From the NCBI RefSeq assembly GCF_001194135.2, contig NC_068981.1:168065555-168129554 (forward strand): 64,000 bases of DNA. Direction: 5' to 3'. Position numbers and translations under genes: made by a program. Of the stretch, positions 26,491 to 38,846 are shown in pieces (position 1 is the stretch's first letter; each line of letters starts with the position of its first letter). A model generated the notes under the pieces. That model was not told where the DNA came from. It saw only the letters and a program-made list of their open reading frames with translations, and ran no database searches. The DNA is from Octopus bimaculoides. Its lineage: Eukaryota.

Positions 26491-27924
26491 ATTATTATTA
26501 TTGCTGTTTTGCCTGTAGGTCGTCAACTCTAATCGAACAAATCTATAGTCAAAGGTATTCCATCCATTAACATCTTGTCAATTTGTATATCTAGAACTCC
26601 ATTTTGCAACATTACTTTATTTTAATACAGTCGGATATTATTTTTGGAATTTGGTTATATTTTGCGGGCTGAAATCGGAGACTACAGTTCTTTGACCTTT
26701 TTAATGCTCTACCAAAACTTAGTAAATAAAGATATAATTAAAAACTTCCATAACTCCTAAAGAGAATTACTGTTGCAGCAATACTGCAAAATATAATGGC
26801 GGAATCCTTAGTGCCGGGCGAAGCTTCTTGTAGAATTTTTTTTCCAGATTTTTCTAAAATCTGAGTTCAACTTTACTTTCTATCCCTCAGGGCTTGATAA
26901 ATGAGAGCATCAGGTAAGTACTAGAGTTGATATAATCTTGTTCCCTTCTTTCCGAATTTTTGACCTTATGCCTAAGTCAGAAACAATATATATATACACA
27001 AGACCATAGATTTTGGTCAGGAAGAGCGGACAGTTGATCATATAGGTCCTAGTAGTAAATTTATCGATATCGGGAGAATAAAGGATAGCAAACTGAACAG
27101 GTTTGGAAATAAGAAAGTAAATAGATTAAAGATAATAACTGCTGCGTCTCCGATGTTAGACTAAGATTTTTGATAAAATCTTAGGTCGTATTTTTTTCTC
27201 CTTTCCTGTAGTCCTATCAAAATCCGTTGTTTTAACATGAGCGTTCCGTCAAAAAGAAAATCCCTTTTGCTATGCCCAAACGTATCTAATCTCTCTGGGA
27301 TGGTATTTTATTATAATAAAAACACCACTTTCTTTCGCATATACACAAAGACACTGTATTTTATGAGGTAATGAAATCAAACATTCTGCTGTTCGTGTGT
27401 TTCCCCAAAGGGATACTAACTGCTATTGCGAAGTGAACTAGCCTCAAACAGAAATCGAATATTCATATTGCGCTTTGTTTGCCTTATATTTTAGATTAGA
27501 AGCTAAAGTGGGGTTTCTAACATGCTTTCTTTTCCGAAAAGGCAATTTGTTTTTAAAGTGGAGTGAATTGTTTCCATCGGGAATGACCTAAAAGCATTCT
27601 CTCTATAATACAAATATTGATTTTTTTATTCCGACACAAGCCAACAAAAGATGGGGTATACAGTCGATTGAATTGACACCAATACATCCATTACTAAAGA
27701 TAAAATGGAAATCCCTCCGATCCAGAGCATAAAGGGACGTAACTTGATACCGTAAGGCATTTAATCTGGCTTTCTGCTACATCTACCAAACAGATGTAGC
27801 AGTCGTTGTAGAAGTACTAGTACGGAGTACTATTACTTTTTCTACCTGGACCCGTGAAAAATTCACGGAAAACAAAATATGTAAGCATATATAAACTAGT
27901 GTACTGGTGCCATGAGAAATGTTT

Positions 27925-28082
27925 GCATATTATGACCGTCTGTCTTTATGTTCTGAGTTCAAATTCTTCCGAGGTCGACTTTACCTTTCCTCCTTTCGAG
28001 GTCGATAAATTAAGTACCAGTTGTGTACTGGGGTCGATCTAATCAACTGGCCCCCTCCCCACAAAAATCTCAGGCCTAGAAA
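27925..28082 (+). mobile_element. SINE family A, 5'-truncated
   Basis: GTTCTGAGTTCAAATT...GAGGTCGACTTT...CCTTTCGAGGTCGATAAATTAAGTACCAG...CAGGCCTAGAAAAG. Confidence 0.88.
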
Positions 28083-28261
28083 AGTATATTGTGACAGTTA
28101 CAGAATATAGAAAGTAATGTAACACGAATGACTATATAATCCAACCAAAATATCTCAGTTACGCAAACGTAAACAGAATTACTATTTAACCTTAGAATAC
28201 ATCGTACATATTCAAAGAACCTTCTTGGTTTAATGGTACAGAACGTTTTTCTGGCATTCTT

Positions 28262-29105
28262 TTATTGTTTTACTTGTTTCAGTCATTTGACGGTGGCCAT
28301 GCTGTAGCAGCACCCTTTAGTCGAAGAAATTGACCCCTGGATTTATTCCCTGTAAGCCTGGTGCTTATTCTGTCAGTCTCTTCTGCTAAACAGCTAAATT
28401 ACACTATATCAGTGTGTATGTATGGTTATATATGTATATGTAAATCTATGTACGTCTGTGTAAACTAATTATATTGTTATTTGCGAAAATAAAATGTATT
28501 TTAATTGAAGACTCTCCTGCATTACTAAAGGGGAGTAAGGGAAAGGAGGGAGGACTTTCTGAAAAAGTCCGAGGGGAGCGGATAGGGACTTCCAGGAAAA
28601 TTCCGAGGAGAATGGGGAAGGGGAGGGAGAACTTCTTGGAAGAGTCCAAGAAGGAGGAAGCAGAGTAGGAAGGACTTCCAGGAAATGTCCGAGGAAGGTC
28701 TTCCTGGAAAAGTCCAAGGAAGGGGAGGAAGGTTTTCCTAGAAAAGTCCAAGGAAGGTGAGGTAGGACTTCCTGGAAAAGTCCAAGGAGGGGGAGGAGGA
28801 CTTCTTTGAAAGTTCAAGGAGGAGGAGAAGAGGGACGAAGTAGAGGAAGGACTTCCTGGAAAAGTTCGAGAAGGGTCTAGGAAGGGGAGGAGGGGGAAAG
28901 ACTTCCTAGAAAAGTCCAANNNNNNNNNNNNNNNNNNNNNNNNNNNNNNNNNNNNNNNNNNNNNNNNGGAGTGAGACTTCCTGGAAAGTTCCAAGGGGAG
29001 GGAGGAAGGACATCCTAGAAAAGTCCGAGGAGGGAAAAGTGGAGTAACGGGAGGAAATGCACCAACATCGGTTCTTAAGCAATGCTAGTGGTGGGACAAA
29101 CACAC
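28262..29105 (-). mobile_element. SINE family B 3' half, split by an inserted purine-rich array
   Basis: 28262-28405 and 29045-29105 are consecutive parts of the family B sequence. Confidence 0.75.
28540..29040. repeat. Palindromic minisatellite: GGACTTCCTGGAAAAGTCC units with variable GA-rich spacers
   Basis: 12 visible units (28552, 28586, 28628, 28672, 28697, 28731, 28765, 28798, 28849, 28899, 28974, 29008), with an N-gap inside. Confidence 0.95.
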
Positions 29106-29330
29106 ATGCATACACACACATACATAAATACATAAATACATACATACATACATATATTACGAGCTTTCAGGTAGTGATGATGCTTGCTGGTGCGATTTTG
29201 TGGTTTGCTGGTATGCCGAGTGAGACCCAGTGAGCCCTAACTGGTTCCCCGATCTTAAAGGTGTAATGTGGGTGTGTAATGATGGAGAGGCTGGTGTGCC
29301 GTTGATGTTAGCTGATGCGATGGTCTTCTT

Positions 29331-29650
29331 CACAGTACTGCATGGTAGACAATACTTTGTGTGTATGTCACACCACGTTTTTAGCCTTGTCTGTTATCCT
29401 AATTGAATGTCATAACTCTTACTTTGATATTGTTCGTAGCACGTGCTCTTGAAAATGCGACATATAATTGGCCATGAGAAAACACCGGTTGAAGCAAATG
29501 TATTCCAACTTTTTCAAATGTTTGCCCTTGAGCCTTATTAATTGTTATTGAATATGCAAGTCGAAGTAGAAACTGAAGTCTGCTTAGTGTAAATGGAATA
29601 TTTGCATCACAAGAGCTAAGTTTAACTCTGGGAATTTTTTTCCTATTTCT
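29331..29650 (-). mobile_element. Helitron RepHel, PIF1-type helicase C-terminal remnant
   Basis: IPRVKLSSCDANIPFTLSRLQFLLRLAYSITINKAQGQTFEKVGIHLLQPVFSHGQLYVAFSRAR, with stops downstream. Confidence 0.93.
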
Positions 29651-30949
29651 TCTGGCGTGCAGTTGTTGAAAATTTCTAGGTATAAATGTACAATTTGAAA
29701 TGCAAAATAACTAAATAATAAACGGATTTATAAATGAAAGTTTGGTAATTGCGTTTATTGCCACCATGCGACACTTATTATTGCGAACATGTTTTAACTA
29801 TTATTCCTTTGATATCAGCTAGATAGTAAATACCTACCTAGGGTAAGTATTATAGAGTAATGTTATCGTTCAACCCAGCTCCCGTTTCTGTTGGGTTTTC
29901 ACTCTTGATTTTTAAAAAATAAAACAAGAAACCCAAAGGTTTTGAGAATATAGGTTACAAAAGCATTATCATTATTATTATTACTACTACTACTACTACT
30001 ACTACTATTATTATTATTTACGTTGTTGTATCTATCTTTGGTGCAAAGCCAAATTTGAAGTGTGAATAAAGTCGATTTAATCGACTTTAAGCCATAGATG
30101 GTAGTTTCTTAAAATCAATAGCTGAATTCAGAATATAAGGAGTACATAACTATGCACCTTTAAGCATTTATTTCGGTGGTGTAACTACCGTTTCTATTGG
30201 CAGAAATAGAAGTTTGGTGTGTTGTGAGATAATGTAAAATACCAAACAGTATTACGCAGGTATGTGAAATGAAACGATTTCAACCGTGGCTTCTAACCGT
30301 TTCGAGATCGCAGGTTACCGAGATTTTCGTCTCTTCGACTTTGTTACACAGAGTTCAACATAATATAAATAACCGAGGGGGAGTTCTTAAACAGCCAGTC
30401 GAAATAACGAGGGAGCTCCACACGCGTTTGAAACAAAGGAGTCCCCCATGAATTTGAGACAACGATGGAGTTGCCTAAGAACTTATCTAAGACAAAAAGC
30501 GAAGCCCTCAGGAGCTCATTCGAGATGAGGATAACATCTACTCGTTCAGTCGAGCCAAGCAATCTAGCAAGAGAAGTCCCTTAGCAGTTACTATAACCAA
30601 CGAAGCAAGCCTCCCAGCATGAGACAACGATGGAAGCGTTTTGTCTCTGGAGAAAAAGGAAGCTCTGAGACAACTTATCACAACGATGAGGAAAATCCCT
30701 AAGTTGTTGCTCGAGACATGGAGGGAACTACCAAATCCCTTAGTAGTTTATCAGATATATTTATAACGATAATGTGCAGTCTACCAAACATATTTACGTT
30801 ATGATATGCAGTCTACGTAGTATATTTACTCTATAATTTGCAGTCTACTTGAGATATTTACGGAACAGGATAATAAAAAAAATTACACCATAGAATTCAC
30901 AAATGATCATCGTATAAAACAAAACATAGTGCTACTGTCATTTCTTGTA

Positions 30950-31900
30950 GGGTCTCTAAGACAGAAATTTGAGAATCGAGAGCTCTCAGCTATATCGACT
31001 TAACTCTCGAGAAGATGAAAGGTAAAGTTGGCCTTGGTTTAATTTGAACTCAATATATACAGAACCGCTACGATTAGCGCAAGATATTTTGCCCAACACT
31101 CTAACGATTGCGTCAATCCACCAATAAAGTAATTGTTTCTAATGTAGGCATAAGGCAAGCAATTTTGAGGAGATGGGATTAGTGGAACTCATCGACCACA
31201 GTTCTTGAATGTTACTTTATCTTATTGCTCTCCAAAAGGACGAAAGGTAAAACCTGATCTTGGTAGGATTTGAACTTAGAACGTAAAGAACTAAAACAAA
31301 TATCGCAAAGCGTCTCTGCCGATGCTCTAACGATTCCACCAATATACTATAATAATAATTGTTTCTAACATAGACACTCTGCCAGAAGTTTTGAAAAGGA
31401 ATAGCTGGTTATATAGACCGCTGTACTTCGATGATATTTTATCACGCTTCCCCTGTTCCGACGAATGAAAGGCAAAATTAAGCTCCACGAGATTGGAGTT
31501 TAAAACGTAAAGAATCGGAACAATACCACAAAATATTTTGTTCGATGATTTAACAAGTCTGCCAAGTCACCCTCAAAATTGACTCCAGTACTTGATTGGT
31601 ACTTTACTTTTAACGAGCCAGAAAAGATTGAAGGGAAAGTTTAACTTCGGAGGGATTTGAACTCGGTGACCTGCATTATAATCCTTTCTAATTTTGGTAC
31701 ATGGTCAGTAATTTTTCAGGGGAAGGACAAGTCGATTACGTCAACCCTAGTACTTGACTTTCATCGACCCCCGGAAGGATAAAAAAGAAAGCTGACCTCG
31801 GCGGCATTTGAACTCAGAACGTAAAAGAAAATGGAAGAAACGCCGCTTAGCACTTTGTCCGACGATCAAACGATTCTGTCAGCTTGCGACCATATCACAT
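30950..31900 (-). mobile_element. Old tandem array of about five diverged SINE family A copies
   Basis: Recurrent GAAAGG.AAAG...ATTTGAACTC...CTAACGATT modules roughly every 200 bp. Confidence 0.75.
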
Positions 31901-31949
31901 GTATTGTTATACACTAGAGTATAAGATCTTGAATACTAAGCAGAATTTA

Positions 31950-32165
31950 AGGCGACGAGCTGGAAGAATCGTTTAGCATGCCGTGTAAAATACTTAGCAA
32001 CATTTCATCAGTCTTCACGTTCTGAGTTTAAATTCTGCCGAGGTTGACTGTCTTTCATCCTTTCGGACTCGATAAAATAAGGAGCAGTTGAGTACTGGAA
32101 TTGATGTATTCGAGTTACCCTCTCCTCCGAAATTGCTGGCCTTGTGCCAAAAATTTGAAACGCAT
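31950..32165 (+). mobile_element. SINE family A
   Basis: AAGGCGACGAGCTGGAAGAATCGTTTAGCATG...GGCCTTGTGCCAAAAATTTGAAAC. Confidence 0.9.
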
Positions 32166-32739
32166 ATTACGCAGGATTTTTTTTTTTTTTTACACAGTTG
32201 AATAATCTAATGACCAAGCACTTAGTCATCCTGAGAATTATGCTACATAATTAATATTAGCAACATTAATATTATCCTGTTATTATTTACATTTAAACCC
32301 TTGCATTAGAGTTCCGTTGACTACAGATACTGCAGTAGACCGCTTGCTGTAGTAGCACTATCATAGCAACAACCAAATATCAATTAAGCTATATTATTAA
32401 AATTGAATAATGTCCAGAATATAACAATAGAGTACTAATTTAATAGCGCATTGCAGGACGCATGAGAACTCATTAACGAAGTGAGTATAGATAATATATG
32501 CGAAATTCCCTTGGGAATAGGAACTTAAATTGGATGATAAAATATATATTCAGTCATACCAAAATAATTAACCTAATAAAAGACATATCAGGATATCTAA
32601 ATTATGATTGAAACAATGATTATAAAGTTCGTTTAGCTTTAAATTATATATAAAAACATTTATTTTATTTTTTGTTACAATTTTGAAGGGTTTTTATTTA
32701 CACATTTTTCAAATAGCTTTATTATTTTGCTGTGAATAC

Positions 32740-32780
<41 letters not shown>

Positions 32781-32794
32781 CATACATACATACA

Positions 32795-32828
<34 letters not shown>

Positions 32829-32989
32829 CGTACGTACGTATGTTTGTATATATGAATGTATGTATGCATCGACGCAACGGCAGTAGCGACAGCGGCAGAA
32901 ATACCAGTACTGACGCCAAATACCCGAACACCAGCAGCAACAACATCTCCAGGCCTGGAACCGACCGAAGATGCGCCATAAGCGTGAAT

Positions 32990-33360
32990 ACAACCAACAC
33001 TCAAATTCGGAAATATATCTGGTCAGCCGGGACTGCTGCGCCGTCTGTACAACCACAGGTCCTCTTTTAGGATTCTGGAAAGACGATTCGTCACATCCCT
33101 GGCAAGCCGTGTGTACCGCCTCAAAGATGAAGGGACCCCATACAACATCAAGTGGTGGATCATAGAGCGGTCGGAATCTTATATCAACGGGAGCGGACGC
33201 CGCAAGCTTTGCATACCTAAACGGGCAAGGATCCTCAAATACTCCCTGAAATCAGGATTACTGAATTCACAGCAAGAAATTTACAGTCCCTACATTTATT
33301 TCAAACGTTACCTGCTGCAATCATGGGATTCCCTATTCATCGATTCGGTCTGGAAAGGTC
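32990..33360 (+). mobile_element. Penelope-like element, GIY-YIG endonuclease remnant
   Basis: YNHRSSFR..TSLASRVYRLKDEGTPYNIKWWIIERSESYINGSGRRKLCIPKRARILK..LLNSQQEI. Confidence 0.85.
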
Positions 33361-34534
33361 CTTTCGAGCTAAAAGCAACTTAAGCGCGAAATTCCCTTTT
33401 TCCTTTTACTTTTAACCCTTATGATCTAAGGGAGATAACCCGTCCTCGCCGCCCCAGATTGTTTAATCTCTGTTTACTTACAAACTAACTTGCCTTAACG
33501 GTTTCCTATCTACCAGTGTTGAAGAATTATATACCTTTGACGAGATGCCGGTCTGTAGCCGGGTTACTCATTTTTCCCAGCTGAGTGAACTGGAGCAACG
33601 GGCTTCCACACTGTTCCCGTCTAATAAGTTCACTCAAAAAACATTAGGCGGCTCGGGGATTATAGTCGAAAACATTTGCCTAAGGTGCTACGCGGTAGGA
33701 TTGAACTCGAAATCACGTTTAGAAAAGTATTATCATCAAGAGAATAGAAGTTATTCACTGCCCTTAGAGTTGCATAATATAATAATAATACTGTTCCTTT
33801 TTACGCATATATCAGTTCATCTGCCCGGGATGATATGGGCAATTTATCAGAATGATCGTCAGGGCAACAAACCTGCTGCTTTGGAATACTAATGTGGGCA
33901 ATCAATGGGGAAACTGGAGTCGATGGACTTTAATGAATACTACGTGGAAGTGGATCTAGGCTGTTGAGAGAATGTGGGAAGCGGGAGGGAGTAAGGGTCG
34001 GCGAAGGGGAAGACGTGATGTGCATTAAGGAGTTGAATTTACTTTAAATGACCACTGTTATTAGCTGGGTTATATAAATGGTAAAAGATCTTATTAATAG
34101 CCCTGTGTATTTAGAGATTCCAGAGGGATGAGAAACAGAGGGAAGGGGAGAGAGAGAGATAGGAGAGAGGAAGAAATGAGAGAGAGGAATAATTAAGTTT
34201 TTCTTCTGTTGTTAATTGCAATGCAGCGAAAAATATAAGCAATATTGTTAAGTAGAGCGAAATTACATTTATTCAAATCTACTTACAGAGCTTCTCGCTC
34301 TCGATCCTTGGGTTATATATATATATATATGTGTGTATATATATATATATATCAGCTAAGAATCTGAGCCTGAAATTGCTTGGAGACACAAAGCATGTTA
34401 TAAAAAACCTTCCTAGAGCCGCGACTCAAAGCAAGAAACTATTGGTAGCTCGTATCTTTATACAATGTACATACATACATATATATATGCGTATATATAT
34501 ATTATGTATCTATGTATATGTGTGTGTGTGTGTG

Positions 34535-34589
<55 letters not shown>

Positions 34590-34592
<3 letters not shown>

Positions 34593-35185
34593 TTGGCGGA
34601 ATTTGAACTCAGGACTTTAAAAGACAGACGGAATACCGCTCAGCATTTCGCCTGGCGTGCAAACGATTCTGCCAGTTTGCTGCCTTAATAACTAAAATAA
34701 TATTAAATATTAATATTATTAATATTTTACAAACCTAAGGCGGAGAGCTAGCAGAAACGTTAGCACGCCGGGCGAAATGCTTAGCGGTATTTCGTATGTC
34801 TTTACGTTCTGAGATTAAATTCCGCCGAGGCCAACTTTGCTTTTCATCCTTTCAGAGTCGATTAAATAAGTATCAGTTATGCACTGGGGTCGATGTAATC
34901 GACTTAATCCTTTTGTCCTTGTTCGTCCCCTCTATGTTTAGCCCCCTGTGGGCAATAAAGAAAAAAATATTTTACTAACCTAAGGCGGCAGAATCGTTAG
35001 CACGCAAGATAATATGCTAAGCGGGATTTCGTTCGTCTTCTCGTTCTAAGTTCAAATTCCGCCGAGGCCAACTTCATCTTTTCGGGGTCGATAAAATAAG
35101 TACCAGTTGAACACTGGCTTCGATGTAATCGACTTAACCTCTTCCCCCGAAATTGCTGGCCTTGTGCCAAAATTTGAAACCAATA
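34590..35185. mobile_element. SINE family A cluster (minus-strand head fragment 34590-34686; plus copies 34737-34960 and 34982-35182)
   Basis: Family A heads and cores; two different subfamily tails. Confidence 0.9.
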
Positions 35186-35416
35186 TGATACTAACCTTGT
35201 CATTTACTCATCGCTTGATTATTTCTAATTACATTCTTAATGCGCCAAACGGTGTTCACTTCACTAAATATTTTAGCTCTAACTTACATATAACTGACAC
35301 GAAATCCCTTATTCGATAACTTATTGCCAATAGCCCATCTATGCACAATGTTCTTTGTCTGTAATAATCTCTGCTCTTTTAATCAGCCATTGCTTGTGAA
35401 CTACTTGCTCCCGAAT

Positions 35417-35811
35417 GGAGGCGCAATGGCCTAGTGGTTAGAGCAGTGGACTCGCGGTCGTAGGATCGCGGTTTCGATTCCCAGACCGGACGTTGTGTGT
35501 GTTTAATGAGCGAAAACACCTAAAGCTCCACGAGGCTCCGGCAGGGGATGGTGGCGAACCCTGCTGTACTCTTTCACCACAGCTTTCTCTCACTCCTACT
35601 TCCTGTTTCTGTTGTGCCTGTAATTCAAAGGGTCAGCCTGGTCACACTGTGTCCCGCTGAATATCCCCGAGAACTATGTTAAGGGTACACGTGTCTGTGG
35701 AGTGCTCAGCCACTTGCACGTTAATTTCACGAGCAGGCTGTTCCGTTGATCGGATCAACTGGAACCCTCGACGTCGTAAGCGACGGAGTGTCAACAACAA
35801 CAACAACAACC
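35417..35811 (+). mobile_element. Full-length tRNA-derived SINE family D with 11-bp TSD
   Basis: A box TGGCCTAGTGG, B box GGTTTCGATTCC, (CAA)n tail; TGCTCCCGAAT at 35406-35416 and 35812-35822. Confidence 0.95.
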
Positions 35812-36454
35812 TGCTCCCGAATTAAATCGACCCACTTCCTACATCATTACTCCGAGTCAATGAGCCACTGTGGTCGCTCGACTGACATGAAACTGCAATC
35901 AATCTCCCTTAATCCATTCAATAACGTAGTCCTACATGTTCCTTAAAAGATTGGGTGGTCTTAGCTGGAATACCTTTGATTATTTGTCAACAGCGAACTA
36001 CCTGCACACGAATGAAATCGATGCATCTTCTCACTTCCCACATCATCACTCAGAGTCAACGAGTCACTATGTTGTCGCATGCCCCTTGCTATAAACTATA
36101 GCCTAAATCTTTACACTACCAACTTAAGAAAGGAAAGACATTTAATAATGTAGTCCTACATGCACTCCTGAATGCCTTTGATCGTAAGCCTGCTCGTTTA
36201 GGGATGATCTGGGACTAAACAACAATTAGAACAGTATCTTTCATGTATTATATTTCCAGACGGTGAACTAAACGTTTTTCTCAGTTGCTCCCCTTCATAG
36301 CAGCAGTCCTCTCTAGAACAACTTCTTTGCTCGCATTTTCAGTAAAAGTTCCAGAGGAACATCATCTGCAGTGTTCTAATCAATCTCTCAGGGCTGTGAC
36401 ATGCAAATGTCTACAGGAACTGCATCATTTTTTTCATACCATATGATTGCTTCT

Positions 36455-36603
36455 AACATCGACTCGTGTACTTTATTTTATCGACCATAAGGGAATTAAA
36501 AGACAAAGTTGACCTCAATGGAAACTGAACTCAGTACATAAACAGCCGAAATAAATACTGCAAGGCATTTTATTCGACGCTCTGACGATTCTGCTATTCC
36601 ACC
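36455..36603 (-). mobile_element. SINE family A, diverged
   Basis: Reverse-complement head and core remnants. Confidence 0.7.
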
Positions 36604-37735
36604 GTCCGAAGCGGTGTAACGTACGATAAAGGAAATGAATGACGTTCATGAAACAAATAGGAATATAGTTAACCAACTGTTGATTTCTCGCTACCGTACA
36701 CACGACATAAACTTTTTATAATGGCTTCTTTAGATTGGGATAAAAATTAAAAACAAAAGACTGAAGTCTGTCTCAAGCCGACAGAGATAAGTCCCAATTA
36801 TACCGGAGCTTATTCTAGTTCCCGTCGCATTTAAGCAACTGTCAGCACAAGACTTCTTTCAGAAAATGATGCTAGTTCGTCGCAAAGTTAATCTGTCAGT
36901 TAGCACTGATATTCATTTTTAGTTGAGTGAACTGAAGCAATATAAAATAAGTCCCTTATACAAGGGCACAGCATGTTGCCGAGCCCCTAAAACAGGATTC
37001 TGTGACGTTCATAACTTACCGAATAACATTCAGCAGTTTCCATTATCACCTAAAATCGAAACTGTATTTTCCTTTGATTTAATTAATCACCTTTTTAATT
37101 ATAATTAGTAAACAATAGTGTTGTTTATCACATGCTTCCAGGGGACTACTGCCTTTCTGGCGGTCAGATTGACAGGAGTACCCTATAATTCGCAGCTGAG
37201 CAAATATCGCAGGGAACTTCGCTCACGAAGCACTGGTTTTTCGGTTTTCTCACCGATGTTTACATCGTTCGTTGATATATGTGTGTGTGTGTGTGTCCAC
37301 AGTACTCGGGCTAGAGATGATAAAATAATATACGACAGACTTCCGCACAATTTCCATCTCGTAAGGCATTAATCAACATGAGAATATGGCAGCCGTTTGT
37401 CTCGAAGGTACTGCGTAATAAAATGAAGCCCTGTAATAACTTGGTTGCCACCTGAACTTCTTAGCCACACGGCTATACCGCTTAGTCTTCTACGCTCTAT
37501 TCATTATGGTTTAATAGCGCTGAACTTAATGCTTTTGAAGAGCATCTTGGGATAAAATAAAAGCATAAACAAATAGCAATTAAAATAATCATTCCGACTC
37601 CATTAATGACGCTAACACCAAGGAAGACATTTTAGATTTAGAATTAGAATAGATAATGACCTCACGCACATTTTCAGATAACTGATTGCGGAAAAGGAGA
37701 CAGTTTAAATACTAACCACACAACTCACTATTTCC

Positions 37736-37825
<90 letters not shown>

Positions 37826-38110
37826 ATCAAAACTAACCCACGTATTCCTCTATTTTCTAAAAGCTTTCCTCAATCCGACAACTAAAGTTCACAAAGAAGT
37901 GGTTATATTTCGAACCTTTGTTTGATAAAATCTTTATTTTTTTTCAGATTTTGTTTTCAGCAACAAAGTGTTTATTTTATATTCTCGCTTTTTTTGTTGT
38001 TGTTGTTGTTGTTGTTATTGTTACTATCAATTATTATTTATTTTGTTTTCTTTTTCGGATGTGTTTGTGTGTGTGTGGTTTGTGGTTTCATTATTATTAT
38101 TGTTAATAAC

Positions 38111-38303
38111 AAGGCGGCGAGCTGGCAGAATTTTTACTGCGCCGGACAAAATGCTTAGCGGTGTTTCTTCCGACCTTACGCCAAGGTCGACTTTGCCGTT
38201 CATTCTTTCGGAGTCGATAAAATAAGTACCAGATAAACACTAGGGTCGATGTAACCGACTTTCCCCTCCCCATATTCCTGGCCTCGTGCCAGAATTGGAA
38301 ACA
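38111..38303 (+). mobile_element. SINE family A with internal deletion
   Basis: AAGGCGGCGAGCTGGCAGAA head after ATTATTATTGTTAATAAC. Confidence 0.88.
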
Positions 38304-38527
38304 GTTATTATTATTGTTGCTGTTGTTATTGTTGTTGTTGATCATCTCCGGAACTGGACGTGTGTTTGTGCCTTGTTTTTCTTTTTAGAAGTCTGTTATT
38401 GTAGATTTTATAGTTCAACCCTGTATCTTAGTTGTTCGGAACAATAAAGAACTGATCGACTATTTTTGTTACTTGTCCTACGGGGCAAAATTTTAGAAGG
38501 AAATTTTCGAAACATGAAAAAAAATTT

Positions 38528-38580
38528 CAAAATGGCGTCGTCTTCGTCGTCCGCTCAGCAAGAGAGGAAGTTGGGCGGAG
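38528..38580. promoter_or_regulatory. CpG-rich cluster of YY1-, ETS- and Sp1-like motifs (possible promoter or first exon)
   Basis: AAAATGGCG 38529-38537, GGAAGT 38566-38571 and GGGCGG 38573-38578 in otherwise AT-rich DNA. Confidence 0.3.
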
Positions 38581-38810
38581 GTTTTGAAAGGTTAAACTGT
38601 CTTTTGCATTAATCTCCTACTATACAATACTACAGATGTAGTAGTAACTAAAAATGTATTATTTGCGTTGTATCAGTAGCAACAATAACAACAGCATCGA
38701 CGATAAGAGGTAGCAACAAGAAAAAAGATATGTCAAACAAAATTTAAGAAAGAAAAGTAGTAAAAAAAGAGGTGGAATACAAGTAATAACGTAAGAAAAA
38801 AAGAGAAAAA

Positions 38811-38846
<36 letters not shown>

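Noticed and set aside
28540-29040. CRISPR array
   Set aside because: Eukaryotic context, no cas genes, degenerate repeats, and low-complexity purine spacers of irregular length.
35417-35490. tRNA gene (also 24142 and 56527)
   Set aside because: A and B boxes are present, but each continues into a SINE body (with tail and TSD at 35417); no complete cloverleaf.
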